Shown: in pieces, positions 50,314-63,800 of the stretch | Layout of the letters: every line of letters starts with the position of its first letter | Position numbering within the stretch: position 1 is the first letter of the stretch | Assembly (NCBI RefSeq): GCF_009834535.1 | Contig: NC_045696.1 | Coordinates: 67,024,001 to 67,088,000, forward strand | DNA: 64,000 nucleotides | Source: Camelus ferus | Lineage: Eukaryota | Reading direction: 5' to 3' | Notes under the pieces: generated by a model | What the model saw: only the letters and a program-made list of their open reading frames with translations | What the model was told of the DNA's origin: nothing | Database searches by the model: none | Position numbers and translations under genes: made by a program

Positions 50314-51829
50314 TCCATTCTGGAACTGCTCTCAGAATCATGTAAGCCAGAATAGCACTCAGAACTTATTTTAACCATTATCAAGCAACAGTAAAAGACA
50401 AAATAAATGTTTATGAATAAAATTTATTTTTTATATACAACAAAGTCAACTTATAAGTTAAAAAACTTATCTCCTTAAATGAAAAAGGAAAATAGCATTT
50501 TTACCAGTAACTTTAAAAAAAATTAGTTCTTTTTTCTTATTAGGGTGTATTTATTTGCAGTCACAGAAAGCCAGTCAAAAGTAATTTAAACAGTAAGGGG
50601 TTTTCTGTCTCTTACAAGAAGTCCTGAGGTCGATAGTTCAGAGAAACCTAGCAGGTCTACGAGGTAAAACCATGATAATCTCATACCACTAACAACACTG
50701 CCATTAAAGAGAACCAGAAGAGAGGTTAATAAAAGAACGGTTAATGATGTGGTTTATTACAGGTAATATTGTATTTTTAATTCTGAAATGTATCTGATGA
50801 TAAGGCATTAAATAGTTTATTTATATCTGTAATAATGTGCATGTCATAAAATATTAATGAAATGCCAGTAACTCATTAGATTTCTGAAATTAAAAATTAG
50901 ACTTCTAATAAATTAAGTCTAATCTCCAGCATCCTAATATTGATAAAAAGGTTATGGGGTGTGGGGTACAACTCAGAATTTTATTTTTCAAATATAAAGA
51001 GTAGTAATTAGTGATATTTATTTATTTAAGAATTCTTTTAAATCCTTAACCTACATGCACATACAAGCTTGACCTGTGCTATTTTGAATTCTTGGAATTT
51101 CTTTTACATATAACTTTTTCTTAAAGCAAGAAAATGATTATGCTCTCAACTTAAAGAGATACTGAGTGAAAGTGAAATAAATGGTGAACTGAGTGCACGT
51201 ACCTATCTCCTTTCCATGTTTTACACCCTTAGCAATCACTAAATGCATGTATGCATGTGTGTATATATATGCAAAACTATAAATATAGAATTATATGTTG
51301 TCTTATATCTATTATATATATGAATTTTGAATCAATATAAATGAGTAACAGTGCTGAAAAACAAGGAAGATTTATCTCTGTTTAACAGAAATTATACTAG
51401 ATTGTTGTCATATACATATATACACACACACACACAAACAGGATTTGATTACTGAGAAAATCACAGTTCAACACACTTAAAAGGGACCACTACTATAAAA
51501 GAAAATGCCTCTGGATGTGTGTTTGCCAAGTTTGAAGGGAAATCTTTGCAGCAATCATCAGGGTAATATGTTAGAGAGCTCTCCTCTCTGCATCTCTCAC
51601 TTCTCAGGCTATAGACAGTAGAAAAAAAAAAGTGCTTCTGCTCTAAGCAAAAGCAGTAATATGAATGCTTGGACCTGAGACACAGGGTGGGACCTTGGAT
51701 GATTGTTTACCTTTAAAAGGAAAAGGAAATCTTCATATTTGCAAAGTCAGCTATTGGTATAACCTAACGGACAGCACATTTCTCCCTCTTTTATAATTTT
51801 GAAGACAGGCTGGAAAACACAGAAATCAT

Positions 51830-52870
51830 ATTGTCAAAAAAGTTAAACATTAAAATGAAGAGACAAGCCGAATTATCAATATTTGAGTAAAATCAATAAC
51901 GTTAGAAAGAGAGAGGGTCACCAATTTCAATAAACATGAGGCAATGGCACTCAAGGAAATAGAGTTCCTAGTGCAAAAAAGACTCTCTGAAAATCATAAT
52001 TAGTGTCTTCAGGGTAACGAGGGTTTACCATGTTGATGAATCAATAACTCCCTTGTGAAAAAATATCAATTAGATATCCTGGAGATAAAATGTAATTACC
52101 AAAATTAAAATTACAGTAAGTTGATTGAATAGTAGAGCAGCTACAGCTGAAGATGAAGCTAATAAATCTTCCGAAAGACAGGGGAAAGGTCAATGATAAA
52201 GTATAGAAGAAAAGTTGATAATTATCTCAAAAATTTAGAGAGAGAAGAGGGACGTAAAACTTGATAACAGTACTATGATGGCATTCCCAGATCCGAAGAC
52301 AGGATTCTTCATGTTGAAAAGTCTGCCAATTATTAAGCAGAATAAAGAAAGAAGTCCCCAGTTTAGTCACATCAAAAGCAAGAGTGGAAAAAACAATCTT
52401 CCAATCTTCCAGAGAGAAGAAATAGACATCTTAGAAGCAAGAATCAGGTTATCCACCCTGGACACTAGAGTTAAGTAATGTGTTTACAATCTGAGGACAA
52501 GTTATTTTGATTTTCTAATTCAATTACCAGCTAAACTATTATTTAAGTGTAAGGACAAAATAAATTCACTACCAATGTACGAGCTTGGAGAGTTTATCAG
52601 TGCAAAACTTCATTAAAAAGAATTGTTGGTTGATGTGCTCCACAAAATAAAAAATGAAACCAAGAAGAAGATGTGAGTTTCAAGGAACATAGATAAACAC
52701 AGAAATCAGAAAATTAGAAATTTAGAATCTAAATAAGCATTTATTATAATACAATTAATACATATTTGAAAGTAAAACCTAAGATGTTTTTTAATATAAG
52801 ATGTGTCTGAAAGTTGGGTGCAGGGGAATGGAATGAAACTAAGGTTCTTAAGCAGCTTAAGGGGAAGATA
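51830..52870 (+). mobile_element. Ancient L1/HAL1-like ORF1 region, decayed
   Basis: TTGAATAGTAGAGCAGCTACAGCTGAAGA, TTCCCAGATCCGAAGAC, CCAGCTAAACTATTATTTAAGTGTAAGG; same architecture as 28350-29000. Confidence 0.6.
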
Positions 52871-54381
52871 CGGATCAGGTTTACTTTTTAATAAAAAATA
52901 ATCTTACTGTTTCTGTAAAACTGGTGCAGTTTTATTTTACTTATTATTCAGGAGAGCAGAATAATAAAATAATTACCTGAGATCCTATAACCACAGATAA
53001 CATTAGATGAAAATCATTTCAGATATTTTTTTTGTTCATAGATACTGACCAAAGAGAGAGACAAAGGAACATAACTAGAGAAATTGAAAGAATTTTTATG
53101 AAAAAATGCTATTTAATTTTAAGTTATTAATTACTATAATAGTATATAATAAGTGCTAACAATAATTACAAGTGCTTTATTAACCTGAAGTTGTTGATAT
53201 TTTTCAATGTTTTTTTGCTACAAGAAATACTATTTTTGTAAAAGATTCCTCTAGATTTAAAAAAACTAGTTATGAAAAAATAGGTGAAATTATGCTTTAA
53301 CTACATACTTTGAATGTAGACACTGTTGTGAATCCCTTGTCTAAAAACATGAGCATATGAAGACTGAAAATTACTGCATAAAATCCTTCTCTCAGCTTGT
53401 GGTTTCCATTAGTTTTACACTGCTAATGTTTATAAAATATACTTTCTGTCCTGTTATCATAATTAGAAAAATTGCTTGGCATTTCTTCTGTTTTTAAGTG
53501 AAGTCACTGTTTACTAGTCATCTTTATTATTTTTTTTAATAATGCCTTTTTCATTTTTGTGTTCTTTGAGTCATCCTTTAATTGGCTAGATATCATTGTC
53601 AAGAAATGTTTTCCAAAAAGGCTCTTGTGTATTTAAATACTCCCTGGATGCTTTCATGGGACAGAATGTCAGCCTGTTACCACTGCCTTTATACAATGAA
53701 TGATGTCTTGGCGAGTAGAATATCCTTTAGTCACAGTTTCTTTCCTTCAGAAAGAAAGGAAAGAAAGACACTGCCCTACCACAATCCAGAATTGAGTGTC
53801 ATGGAGCTATGTCTGATTTTGGCCTGGATTTTTATATCTTGTAGATTTGCTTTCTCAAACAGGATGCTAAAACAATTCCTTTATTATTTTTCTTCAGATT
53901 TTTTTCTGCCTTCTTTCTTTTACTGAGAGAGAAAATGTTACAGATATAACTTAGCTACTTATAATTCTCTTTCTGATTCTAATCCCATGCCCTAGCACCA
54001 CAGAATCTCTATTTTGACTTTGTGTTTTATCAAATCTCTGTAGGCCACTCTATTTTTACTGTCCAAACTCCCCGTTATGCCTTTGAGATGTAACTATATT
54101 AAGATACATGGCTTTTGTTTATAAATACCAACTGCACATTTTTTTGATGGATATTGTGTTGTTTCTAACTCTTCACTGATGTAGCACTGCAATGTACATC
54201 CTAATACACGTCTCAGGGCACGAACACACAGGCATCTCTTGGGGAGAAATTGAGGGGGTCAAAGAATATGTTTATCTCAGTTTTACTGGATATCTCTAAA
54301 ATTGTTATATAATCTTATTTTTCACCAGCAGTGTAGAAGAATTTCTATCTTACCACTTTTAAAATAGTACGTGACACACAG

Positions 54382-54730
54382 GGTTACCAAACCAAGCTTG
54401 GGTCGACCAGCCCACGCACAGTAAAGATAACCTACTGACACCAGGTTGTGGTGAGGGAAAGTACAGCATTTATTGCAGGGTGCCAGGCAAAGAGTCCAGG
54501 CTGCTGATATTCAAAAGACCCAAACTCCCCAGTGACTTTCAGGGAAAAGTTTTTCTAAAGATGCTCAGAGGGAGGGTTCTGGGGTGGGTGATCAACCTAC
54601 AGACATTCTTCTGACTGATTGGTAGCAAGGTTTTCAGCTGATCTGGGGTCTATGTGCTTGTGGGCAGCATATAGTTAAGTTCTGTATATTCAAAACAAGC
54701 TCTGCATATTCTGAAGGGAGTATTTGATAA
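54382..54730 (-). mobile_element. ERV1-class LTR (MER34/MER39-like), partial
   Basis: GTTACCAAACCAAGCTTGGGTC...CTACTGACACCAGGTTGTGGTGAGGGAAAGTACAGCATTTATTGCAGGG...TCAAAAGACCCAAACTCCCC; AATAAA on the minus strand. Confidence 0.8.
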
Positions 54731-54739
54731 TCAATCCAG

Positions 54740-55570
54740 TTTTTATAATTGCCATTCATTGAATGCATTTATTATTTTTTCATGAATCAAGTTTATAATT
54801 AATATATTTCTAGGAAACAGTCGTCTCCTCTTTTTATTCCTAATATTTTTGACAATTTGAAATGATTTATTAAAATTTAATACTGATTATTGAATATTGA
54901 GTACATTTATCCATTGCCTTTTCTTTTTATTGATTAGTTTCAATAGAGATTTATGTGATTAAAATTGGTTAATTTTTATTTTTTTAAAGAATTGGTGTTT
55001 GATTTTGCTGTTTACTGTTTTGTTTTAAATTATTTTTGGCTCTTGCTATTTGTACTTACTTCCTCCAAATTCTTTAGTTTTACATAGTTCCTCTTTTGTA
55101 GTTTCTTAAGTTGAATATGATTTGCCTGTTAAGTTATAATTTATTTTAGAATGCATTTCTTCACTTGCAAACATGCATTACTATTGAGAGTGGATGTAAG
55201 CATTCTTTTATACAGGTGATTTCTAATTTAAGTCCATTTTGGTTCAAGAGCATGACATTGACTCTGAAACTTGGTGAAACTGCCTTTGTGACTAATTGCT
55301 TGGATCATAGCAAACAACTAGTTTAGATCAACTAGTTAATTTTGTCTTCATATCTTCTATACTCAGGGCTAAATTTTATCTGATTCGTAGATCAGTTGTT
55401 GATACATGGGTGTTAAGAATTGCCCACAGTGATTATGAATTTGCCCAGTTTACTTTGTGAATTATGTATTTTAAGGCAATAGTGTTTAGCAACTACAAGT
55501 TTATGGTTGTACTCTGCTCTTGGCATGCTGCAGCATTTACCATTAGCAATATCATATGTACTCCATTCTT
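54740..55570 (-). mobile_element. Old L1M ORF2 fragment
   Basis: TTTCTTAAGTTGAAT, GGTTCAAGAGCATG, GTGTTAAGAATTGCCCACAGTGATTATGAATTTG, TATTTTAAGGCAATAGTGTTTAG. Confidence 0.6.
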
Positions 55571-56449
55571 GCTGTGCAGCAGTGGTGCTGGTCTTGTGTG
55601 CGTACCCGTGCATGTGTGTATAAACATGGTATCACAAAGTGTTTGGGACTAGATAAATAAAATTTTATGAGCTTTTGAAATATAGTGAGATAACATGCTA
55701 TACATCATCACCATTTGTTTTAATTTGTGATCGTTTTAGAGGGAAATTATGGCATAATTGTTTTCTTACTCAATAAAAATAAAAATGAATTGGCTTTAGT
55801 TATAAGATAACATTCTTGAAAAGCCCCTTTTTAATCCATTATAATTCTGCATGTGCTATTAATTTACATCAATTCTTATTTGTAGACAGTTCGACAAACT
55901 CTAGTGGTATCTTGGTTGGAATTCTCATGATTTCTAATGGTTTTACTTTTTCTGGTATCAGTAATGTACAGTGCCATCTAATTAATTCACTTGATGACTA
56001 TACATAGAGTGTTCATTTGGGTCAGGATCCTGCCTAAGGCTCTGGAGAGAGACTAAAGGATGACATTTTGTGGACTCAGGAAGCTCCCACTTTAGTAATG
56101 AGACATATGTAACCATGATCCAATACGAAGAATGTCATGGGAGCACAGGAGAGGTTGTAGTGAATTCTGCTAAGGGTTGCTACTAAAGAGCATGGTGTGA
56201 GGAGAATTCATATTTGTAAGGTCACAGGATCTGAATGATAAAGAATGAGAACATTTCATTATGAGTTTAAGTGAGGGAAGTTCATTTCATCAGAACAAAT
56301 GATTCAAGTGTAAGTGAAGAGATGGGAACATGCTTGGCTTAACTGGGAAGAGCAGGTAGTCCAGGATAGTTGGGTACAATGGACAGGGTGAGAATAGTGG
56401 TTAATGCAAAGAAATAAATAAGTTAATAAAATTAATTACTGTTATTATA

Positions 56450-56676
56450 CCTAACACTTTTATGATGCTATCTGCCAAGTGCCATTCTAAGTTCTTTACA
56501 TAAGAAAACGCATTTAATCCTCAAAACAGCTCTATGAGATAGCTACTCTTATTATCTCTATATTACAGATGAAGGAACTAAGTAGAGAGAAGTTAAGTTT
56601 GCCAGGGTCTCAGGCCAAAAAAGTAGTAGAAGTGGAATTAAAATCCAGATATTGGGCTCCAGAGCCAGAACTCTTA
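56450..56676 (-). mobile_element. MIR SINE, near full length
   Basis: TGCCAAGTGCCATTCTAAG...CATTTAATCCTCAAAACAGCTCTATGAGATAG...TTACAGATGAAGGAACT...GGCTCCAGAGCC...CTCTTAA. Confidence 0.9.
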
Positions 56677-59274
56677 AAGACTTACACATTTTAAGCAAGT
56701 ACACATGGAGGGAATTTTTGCAAGACCAGATGCTATCAGAGGAAGTATACAGATTTCATTTATTTTTCTATTTCTAGGTCATAAATGATTCCCCTGGGGA
56801 CAACAATTATTTGTAAGTTTCATCTGGATATAAAGGCAGAGGCAACACAGATGGAAACTGACGAAAACCCTAGAGTCTGGCAAACCTCATATTTTTTAGA
56901 ATTGATTATTGGTTTTCATTACCAAAGCTAAATCTTACATGCTGCAAAAGCGAGACAGTGTTAAAACAAGCCCTTGGGAGGAAAACCAGGGTAGACATTG
57001 TCAGCTGCTCCTATCACTGAAAATTCGAACTTGTGAATTATTTCAACCCAAAGCTCTTATGGGCAAATGGTTTTATGTAGAACTACTTAAACCGCTTTAA
57101 GTTAATTTACCATTGTATTTCTGATTTCTGGCCTGAAGCCAGCATCTTCCCAGTCCTAATTGGGTACCTAGCTGAATTCAGATTTTAAACTTAATGTTCC
57201 CAAAGAAGCTAACCCCAATTTCATTTATCTCCTTAGGGACTCAGAGAAAGCTTCTCTCCATCACTTTGCCACGCTCAGGTGTACTGCTGAAACATGCAAA
57301 CAACATACCTGTCCAAACAGGGATCTGATTAACTTTGCCAAAATTGATTTTAGGAGACTCTGTATCCACAGAACTCACACCGTTGTCCATTTCCTTTACT
57401 GACCACTCAATGACTCCTTCCATGGTAAAGTCCAAACGCCAGGTCTAATTTGCAGCTTTGCCATGATTCCGGGTACATCAGTATAATAGAAGTTTCCTCC
57501 CAATTTTCTACATTCTCTTTCGTTCAGACTTTATTGATGATGTTTTTCCCCCCTGAAGTATCTTTCCTAACTCTTCCCAGCCCAAGTTTCACAAAATTCT
57601 ACCCAAATTGCAAGAACCAGGTCAAATACTGTTCTCCCAGAACTGTCATTTTTTCAACTTTACCTTCACAACACTTCTTTAAGGCTTCTAAGAAAGCTCT
57701 CAACAAAGCCCACTTGGAATTGCATTAGCTGGTGCAATTAACTAACATGGGTGACTCTTCCCCACAAAGGGAGTGCCACCTCTCCGGCGATGACTCACAC
57801 AGAAGCTTTCACAGCACTCTGTATACCACAGATGCTCAGTAATGGTATTTGGTATTAAACAACAAAATAGTTATGTTGAAATCTACAGCTATATAGTTGA
57901 AGCTAGAAGGAATAGTGAAAAGATAACTGAACAATAAACAAAAAAAACTCATGTTCAAAGTGGGGCTTTACCACGATTGTTTGTAATATCAGATAAGTAA
58001 CTCTGTCTCTCTGGGTCAAAGAAGAATGCACTAGATAATCTCTAAGATCCCTTCTAGTATTTAGAATTTGTCATTTCATGATTTCTCCAGTAATATTATG
58101 CCCATAAAATACTGATTACTTCTAACCCCTAATCGCTTGAGAATTCTATTTTAAAATTTTGTTTTAGACTATGATTCATGAAACCTCATCACATGAGGTC
58201 AGCTAGTGAATCTGTATGGCATAGTCTGACATTCCCTGACATTCTTGGCACCCTAGAGGACAAAAACAAAACAAAACTCTAAAAACCCACTCTTAAAGAG
58301 AATTTGAATGTAGATTTAGGGTCAAAGCCTCATTTTACTAAAGAAGAGCCTCAGGTCCAGAAAGGTAAATTATTTTTACCTACCAGTCACACAAATAGTT
58401 TCTAGCAGAGCACAGGCTCCAACCCAGAGTCCTTATCTCCCAGGGAGAGTTTTTCCTATAGGAATTAAGAATTTAAATATTTAACTGATTTAAAGGGCTG
58501 AGATAAAGGTAATGAAGAAAAATAGAGAAACTAGGATGTGTTTCAAGCTTCATCTGGGGTACTTAAACGAGGTGGAAATAATCACTGGGTTTTTGAAAGG
58601 CACTATAATTGTAGTGTATATGAATTGTAGTTCAAACATGCGGGTGGGAAAATTTTTCATTTCCTTTATTTTTAGATAATTGAACATACTGTATATGTTG
58701 TATTCGCATTCTACCAGGTGGTGGAAATTTAATCTCGGTCACTTTAGGGGTTCTCTCCTTGTCCCATGTTTTCAGCTAAGTTCTGAAGGATTTATTTTAT
58801 GCTAAGACACCAGAAGGAACCTGGTCCTCTAATGACATCTAACCATTCACTGAACTATCCACCATGAACCTGATTCATGTCACTAGGTCCACACAGGTCA
58901 CCACTAGGTCATCCCTCATGCTCATGGCCAAGAGGTCTGGTTCTTTCCCGGCGTTTCCTTGGTCTCCTTCTGCTGCTTCGAGCCACACTGAGCCAGAAGG
59001 GACTCTGTGAGGCCAGGGGTCTATTCCTGCATACCAAGTACTCATTTCCACACTGGGTTTCGCTTCGTGCCCAGGCTTTCCTGGGAAGCAAGGCACAGGC
59101 CTCTCAGCTCTCTAGTTCTACAAACCTGTATGAGGACTCCATGACCTTTCTCAAGGTTTTAATCTGGGGTAGAAAAAAATGCCAAAAGAACTTTTTCAGG
59201 GTCTCATAATATCTACATATTCATAGTTTTGTAACTTAGTTCTCTCCCCAATTTAGGAAATATTTTCTTCTCTT

Positions 59275-59462
59275 TTTTAACTTTTTTTAATTATAGAAAG
59301 TTTCAAACATATACAAAAGTAGACAAAGTATAACAAACCTCATGTATCCATTACCCAGATCTAGCAATCATCTATCCAAAACCAATCTTGTCCTATCTAG
59401 AATCCTACACATTCCCCACTGGTGGTATTTTAAAAAAAAAGAAGAAGGAAAGAAAGAAATAA

Positions 59463-59510
<48 letters not shown>

Positions 59511-59935
59511 ACGAACGAAAGAAAGACCAGACAACATATTATTTCATTTGTAAACATTTAGACAATCTCTAAATGATAAGAATTCTTTTAAAAAGCAAAA
59601 TGTACTATTAGAGTAAAAAATAATAATTCCCTTGTATCATCAAATATCTACTTAGCATTCACATATTTCACACCTAAAGTGTCTAACAAATATTTTGTTT
59701 TTTAAACAATTTGTCTGAATTTTGATTCAAACAAGAAGGGTTTATTGCTGTTGATTGCTATGTCTTAGAAATCTATTTTTTATCTATAAGCAGGCTCCAT
59801 CAATCTTCATACACCTTCCTTTCCTCCACTGCCTTTCCCCCCAAACAAACAAACAAACAAACAGAATAACAATCTTTTCTAGAAGAAACCAGGTCATTTA
59901 TCCTGTAGGTTTTCAAGAAATCCTTATCTGGACTC
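59275..59935 (-). mobile_element. L1MC4/5-type 3' end
   Basis: TTTCAAACATATACAAAAGTAGAC...AACCTCATGTATCCATTACCCAG; TCATCAAATATC; AGAAACCAGGTCATTTATCCTGTAG; homologous to 30470-30790. Confidence 0.85.
59432..59526. repeat. Poly(A) / (GAAA)n microsatellite
   Basis: An A run, then a long near-perfect GAAA array with two GAAC variants. Confidence 0.97.
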
Positions 59936-60034
59936 CAAGTGGGAAAACTCTGCCTCCTGCCCCACACTCCCATATAAATATTTATTAAATATCTTTCTAA
60001 ATCTATTTTTGAAACATTTTTCCCATTTTCATCT

Positions 60035-60370
60035 ATATTAGTGTGTGATACATAAACCCCAAATCGGAGTGGCTTGACACAGTAAAAATTTATTTCTTCA
60101 AGTAAAGTTTGAAACAGGTGTTGCTGATCCTCCAAACTGTGGCTCTCCTCCGTGCAAAGATACTGGGCTCCATCACGTCTGACAAACACCCTTTGAGTTT
60201 GCCAAACAGGTCTTCTCATTCCAGTCAGCCAGCCAGCAGGGAGGGAAAAGGAGCATGGATTATCCCATGTCAAGGTGTTTATTTTTTTAATGCCCCTGTC
60301 CTGGATACAGTGAACATCACTTCAACTCATATTCCACAGCAACACCTAACTGCAAAGGAGGCTGGGAATA
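60035..60370 (-). mobile_element. MLT1 (MaLR) LTR
   Basis: AAACCCCAAATCGGAGTGGCTTGACACA...TTTATTTC; CATCACTTC..CTCATATTCCA; CACCTAACTGCAAAGGAGGCTGGGAA. Confidence 0.75.
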
Positions 60371-60629
60371 AGACGAATTGGGATTGGTATCAAACCAGCA
60401 GGTCTCTGCCTCTCTCCAAGGGCTACTGTTTTAAAGCTCAGAAGTCAAAATAGTAAGTCTTTTTTTCACTCATCTTGCTCAGCTATTTCATTCCTGAGTT
60501 AATAAATTTAGATTTACCTAGTTCAGCTGGGTAGCATCATGGCATCAAGGGGAATTCTAGGGCTAAGGAACTAAAATATCAGTTGTAATTTCAGTTTTTT
60601 TTCCTGCCACATAATGTCATGTTTTTAAA

Positions 60630-60850
60630 GACAGGCTTGTAGTATGATTTGATTGAGTTTAAATCCTTGATCCACCATTGTCTAGTTGTGTAAACTTGGT
60701 TAATTTAATTTCTCTGAGCTTTGCTTCCTACATTTGTAAAATGACACTAATCATGACTTATTTCATAGGCTTGTGGCAAAAATGGAAATAACATAAGTAA
60801 AGATTTTAATGCAATCCCTGATGTAAGGTAGAATCTCAGTAAATGGTAGA
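60630..60850 (+). mobile_element. MIR SINE
   Basis: GAGTTTAAATCCT...CTAGTTGTGTAAACTTGG...TCTCTGAGCTTTGCTTCCTACATTTGTAAAATG...CTCAGTAAATGGTAG. Confidence 0.85.
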
Positions 60851-63800
60851 CAGCAATAGTAATGATAAAGCAAATGATGAATTTTTCTGTATCTGTAAGT
60901 TATTTCTCATTACTTTAAGCCTGATTCTATAGACTGAGCCTCTACATAGATATATCTCATTTTCCAAAGGTAGTCATCAAAGACTCCCTGAAAAGTTTTG
61001 AATACCTGTCTCTTCCTTGTGAGTATGAACATCTACAAACATCAGAAGCAGCAGAGTTAAACAAGCTATCCAGTGATATACAAATTTGTCATTTTGAAGA
61101 GTATAGATTGTGGGATGTGTTTTATTCACACTTTTAGATGGATTATTTCCTTTAAAAAATCATGTTGGAATCATTCTTGTTATTATTATTCTGATTCTTG
61201 CTTTCTGTTTTTCTTAGGTTTTTGTTTTGTTTTGTTTTTGCTTTGAGCTTGTCAGCTTTTTGCCTTGAGCAGTCTACACAGCTGAATCTCCAAATGCCTG
61301 GAAATGAGAATTTGTCAAGGTAACTATTGCCCTTCCTCCCTGCCAGGCTGAGGGAACCAGCTGGAAATAAGAGCAGCTGCTCTCGGTGCCCTAGTTTAGG
61401 ACACTTCAAATACAGCTTTAGCCTCATCCCGTTTTAAGTACAGACATTTCAAGATCCCATGGAATGGGACACGACCCATCTACTTTATATTTGGATGCAC
61501 TTTTACTGAAGATAGACTGCAGGGGTGGGGGGAGGGGAAGGAAGGGATGGAGCGAGAGCCTATTGATGCCAGGTCAATGATATCTGTATTTTTAGAGTAC
61601 CTTTCACTTCCAAGAATGTGTCCACTACATCTCAGCATTCACAGTCATATCAGTTCCTCAAAATTTAGGTGGTTTAAAAAAGAAGTCAAGTGAGGGTATT
61701 TCACTTGAGTCGAAAAAAGGTAAATCTGGTTGGGAATCGGACTTGTCCAGCTTTGTAAGTTACTCACCCAACAGAGACCCTTCCTCCCTAGGGTGGAAGG
61801 GAGTCACCATTCCACCGCTCTGCTAACAGCCTATTTTTACATTCAGGAAGTGCAGTTATTGCAGAATCATGAGAATTGGATATGGAAAGGAATTTACGGT
61901 GCAGTCCATTCCAACTGCAGGCCACTTAAGAGGAATTTTTAGTCTGCTCTCAGTGGTGGTGTAGGCCACCACATTCCTCTCACTGTGCACTAGCTGATTT
62001 TACCCAAGGCTAAACTTCTGTCAGTTTCATAAACAAAAGTATAGAGGTGTTATTGGTCTATTTACAGTTAGATTTAAGTGGACTGGTTTTCCATGGAAAA
62101 GACTACATTTTTCTTTCACAGGACAATTACCTTTGGGTAAACACAATTCAAAATCCCCATACATTGATGAGTATAGATAGGTAGAAATATATATGTATAT
62201 ATGCCTGTTAAAATTTTAAAAAAAAATTCTATATTAAATACTTAAATCAATGAACAATGAGACACCAATTAAAATTCACATGACATGAAATACTCTTTAA
62301 GGTAATGAGACTCATATAGTCATTATCATCCTGAAAATCTATACAATAGCCAAATTTTAGTTATAGAATCAAAATGTAAGGAAAAAAAAACTGAGATCTT
62401 TAAACCAGTCTCATAATTTTACTAAAGAAAAATGAAGACCTGCTTAAGGGCTCCCAGAAAATTGTTAGTGGGATTCTTTACCGACGGACAAACCAGGGGT
62501 CTTTGCCCTATAGAATGCTGCTGTCAATTACATGCTTAGGAGATCTGTAAGTATCTGATTGAGGTTTCTAAGTATCACTATTCTCAAATAGCTTCAACAG
62601 GATTTGGTACAGCATCTGGTGAACTAGAAGTTTCTAAAGAATCTGTGATCAAATTAAGTCTGTGTTGAAATTGTGGGACTGGGAAAATTACCTGCTTGAA
62701 AATACCATTGACCTTAAGTCAGTTACAGGAAAGTAGTCTCTGAGGATGGAAATCAGCGGTGTCCTATTTTAGAGCTATCTCTGCCTCTGAATTGTTGGGG
62801 AAGTTATGGTAATTACTGAACTTCTCTAAAATAAAAGTATTTAATTAAATCATTCCTAAGGTTCCTCTGAGAACTCCACTAGTTCACCCAGCATAGCTGC
62901 TCTCGCTCAGTAAGTATTTATTGGAGGAATTTTGCACATATGTTCAGGGAAAGATTCTTTCATGATGTAAAGTTCAGAGCATGTCTTTCATTGGAAGAAA
63001 GTAATGAGGAAATGTTAAGCAGGCGTATTGATTTATTTTACAAACAACCACACTCCATATAATCTTTGTAAAGTTATGCCCTAATGCTCTATGAAAATAA
63101 ATACACATGACTCTGAAAGGAGTCAAAGACTTGAAAAACAGTATTAAAAAGACAACTAGCCTGTCTTTTGAAATGGCCTCTATTCACAGTGGAATTTTTT
63201 CTGCTAAGATTTTACCAACAAGGAAAACATAAAATAAAGGGTGATAAATGAAGGCAGGAGAATGATTAACATGTTGGGGAAATACTAAAATTGAAAAGTT
63301 TCTGCAATATAGAGGAAGTCCTGTGAAGGAAAGGTGACCTGCTGGCCATAGACCAATAGCTTAACATGGCATAGAATGCCTGGAACTGGCCCTCTCCTTA
63401 CTCTTTCTTCAGTAAAATATTTTCAAAGTCATATTTTGAGATGTTTCTCATCACAGAAATACATTTGATTTATACTTTATGGGACGTGATTGGTTGTATT
63501 TATTTTATAGAAATTGGTGTCATAGTCAGTATTTCTAGAGGAAAGTATTTATTCTATATAAATTTTTATTAGTATGGACGCTACATATTGAGTTGTTTGA
63601 TGTTAAGGAATAGAGATAATAAAATGCAGCCTGAATGTCTGTCAGACAGGAAACTTTCATAACTTAGAGATTAACAGAAGACAGTGTGACTTCCTTTCCT
63701 GAAGTTTCCACCTTTGTGCACCTCCTTGACACAGTACTTTCACCACAGCATCTGGAACTCACTGTTAACACCCACTCATTCACACCCCTGACGCTCCTCA

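Noticed and set aside
50956..50976. Possible SINE head GGGGTGTGGGGTACAACTCAG
   Set aside because: Only about 20 bp with mismatches; no B box, tail or TSD.
59800..60453. 157-aa and 114-aa ORFs
   Set aside because: Overlap MLT1 and L1MC fossils and have no domain similarity.
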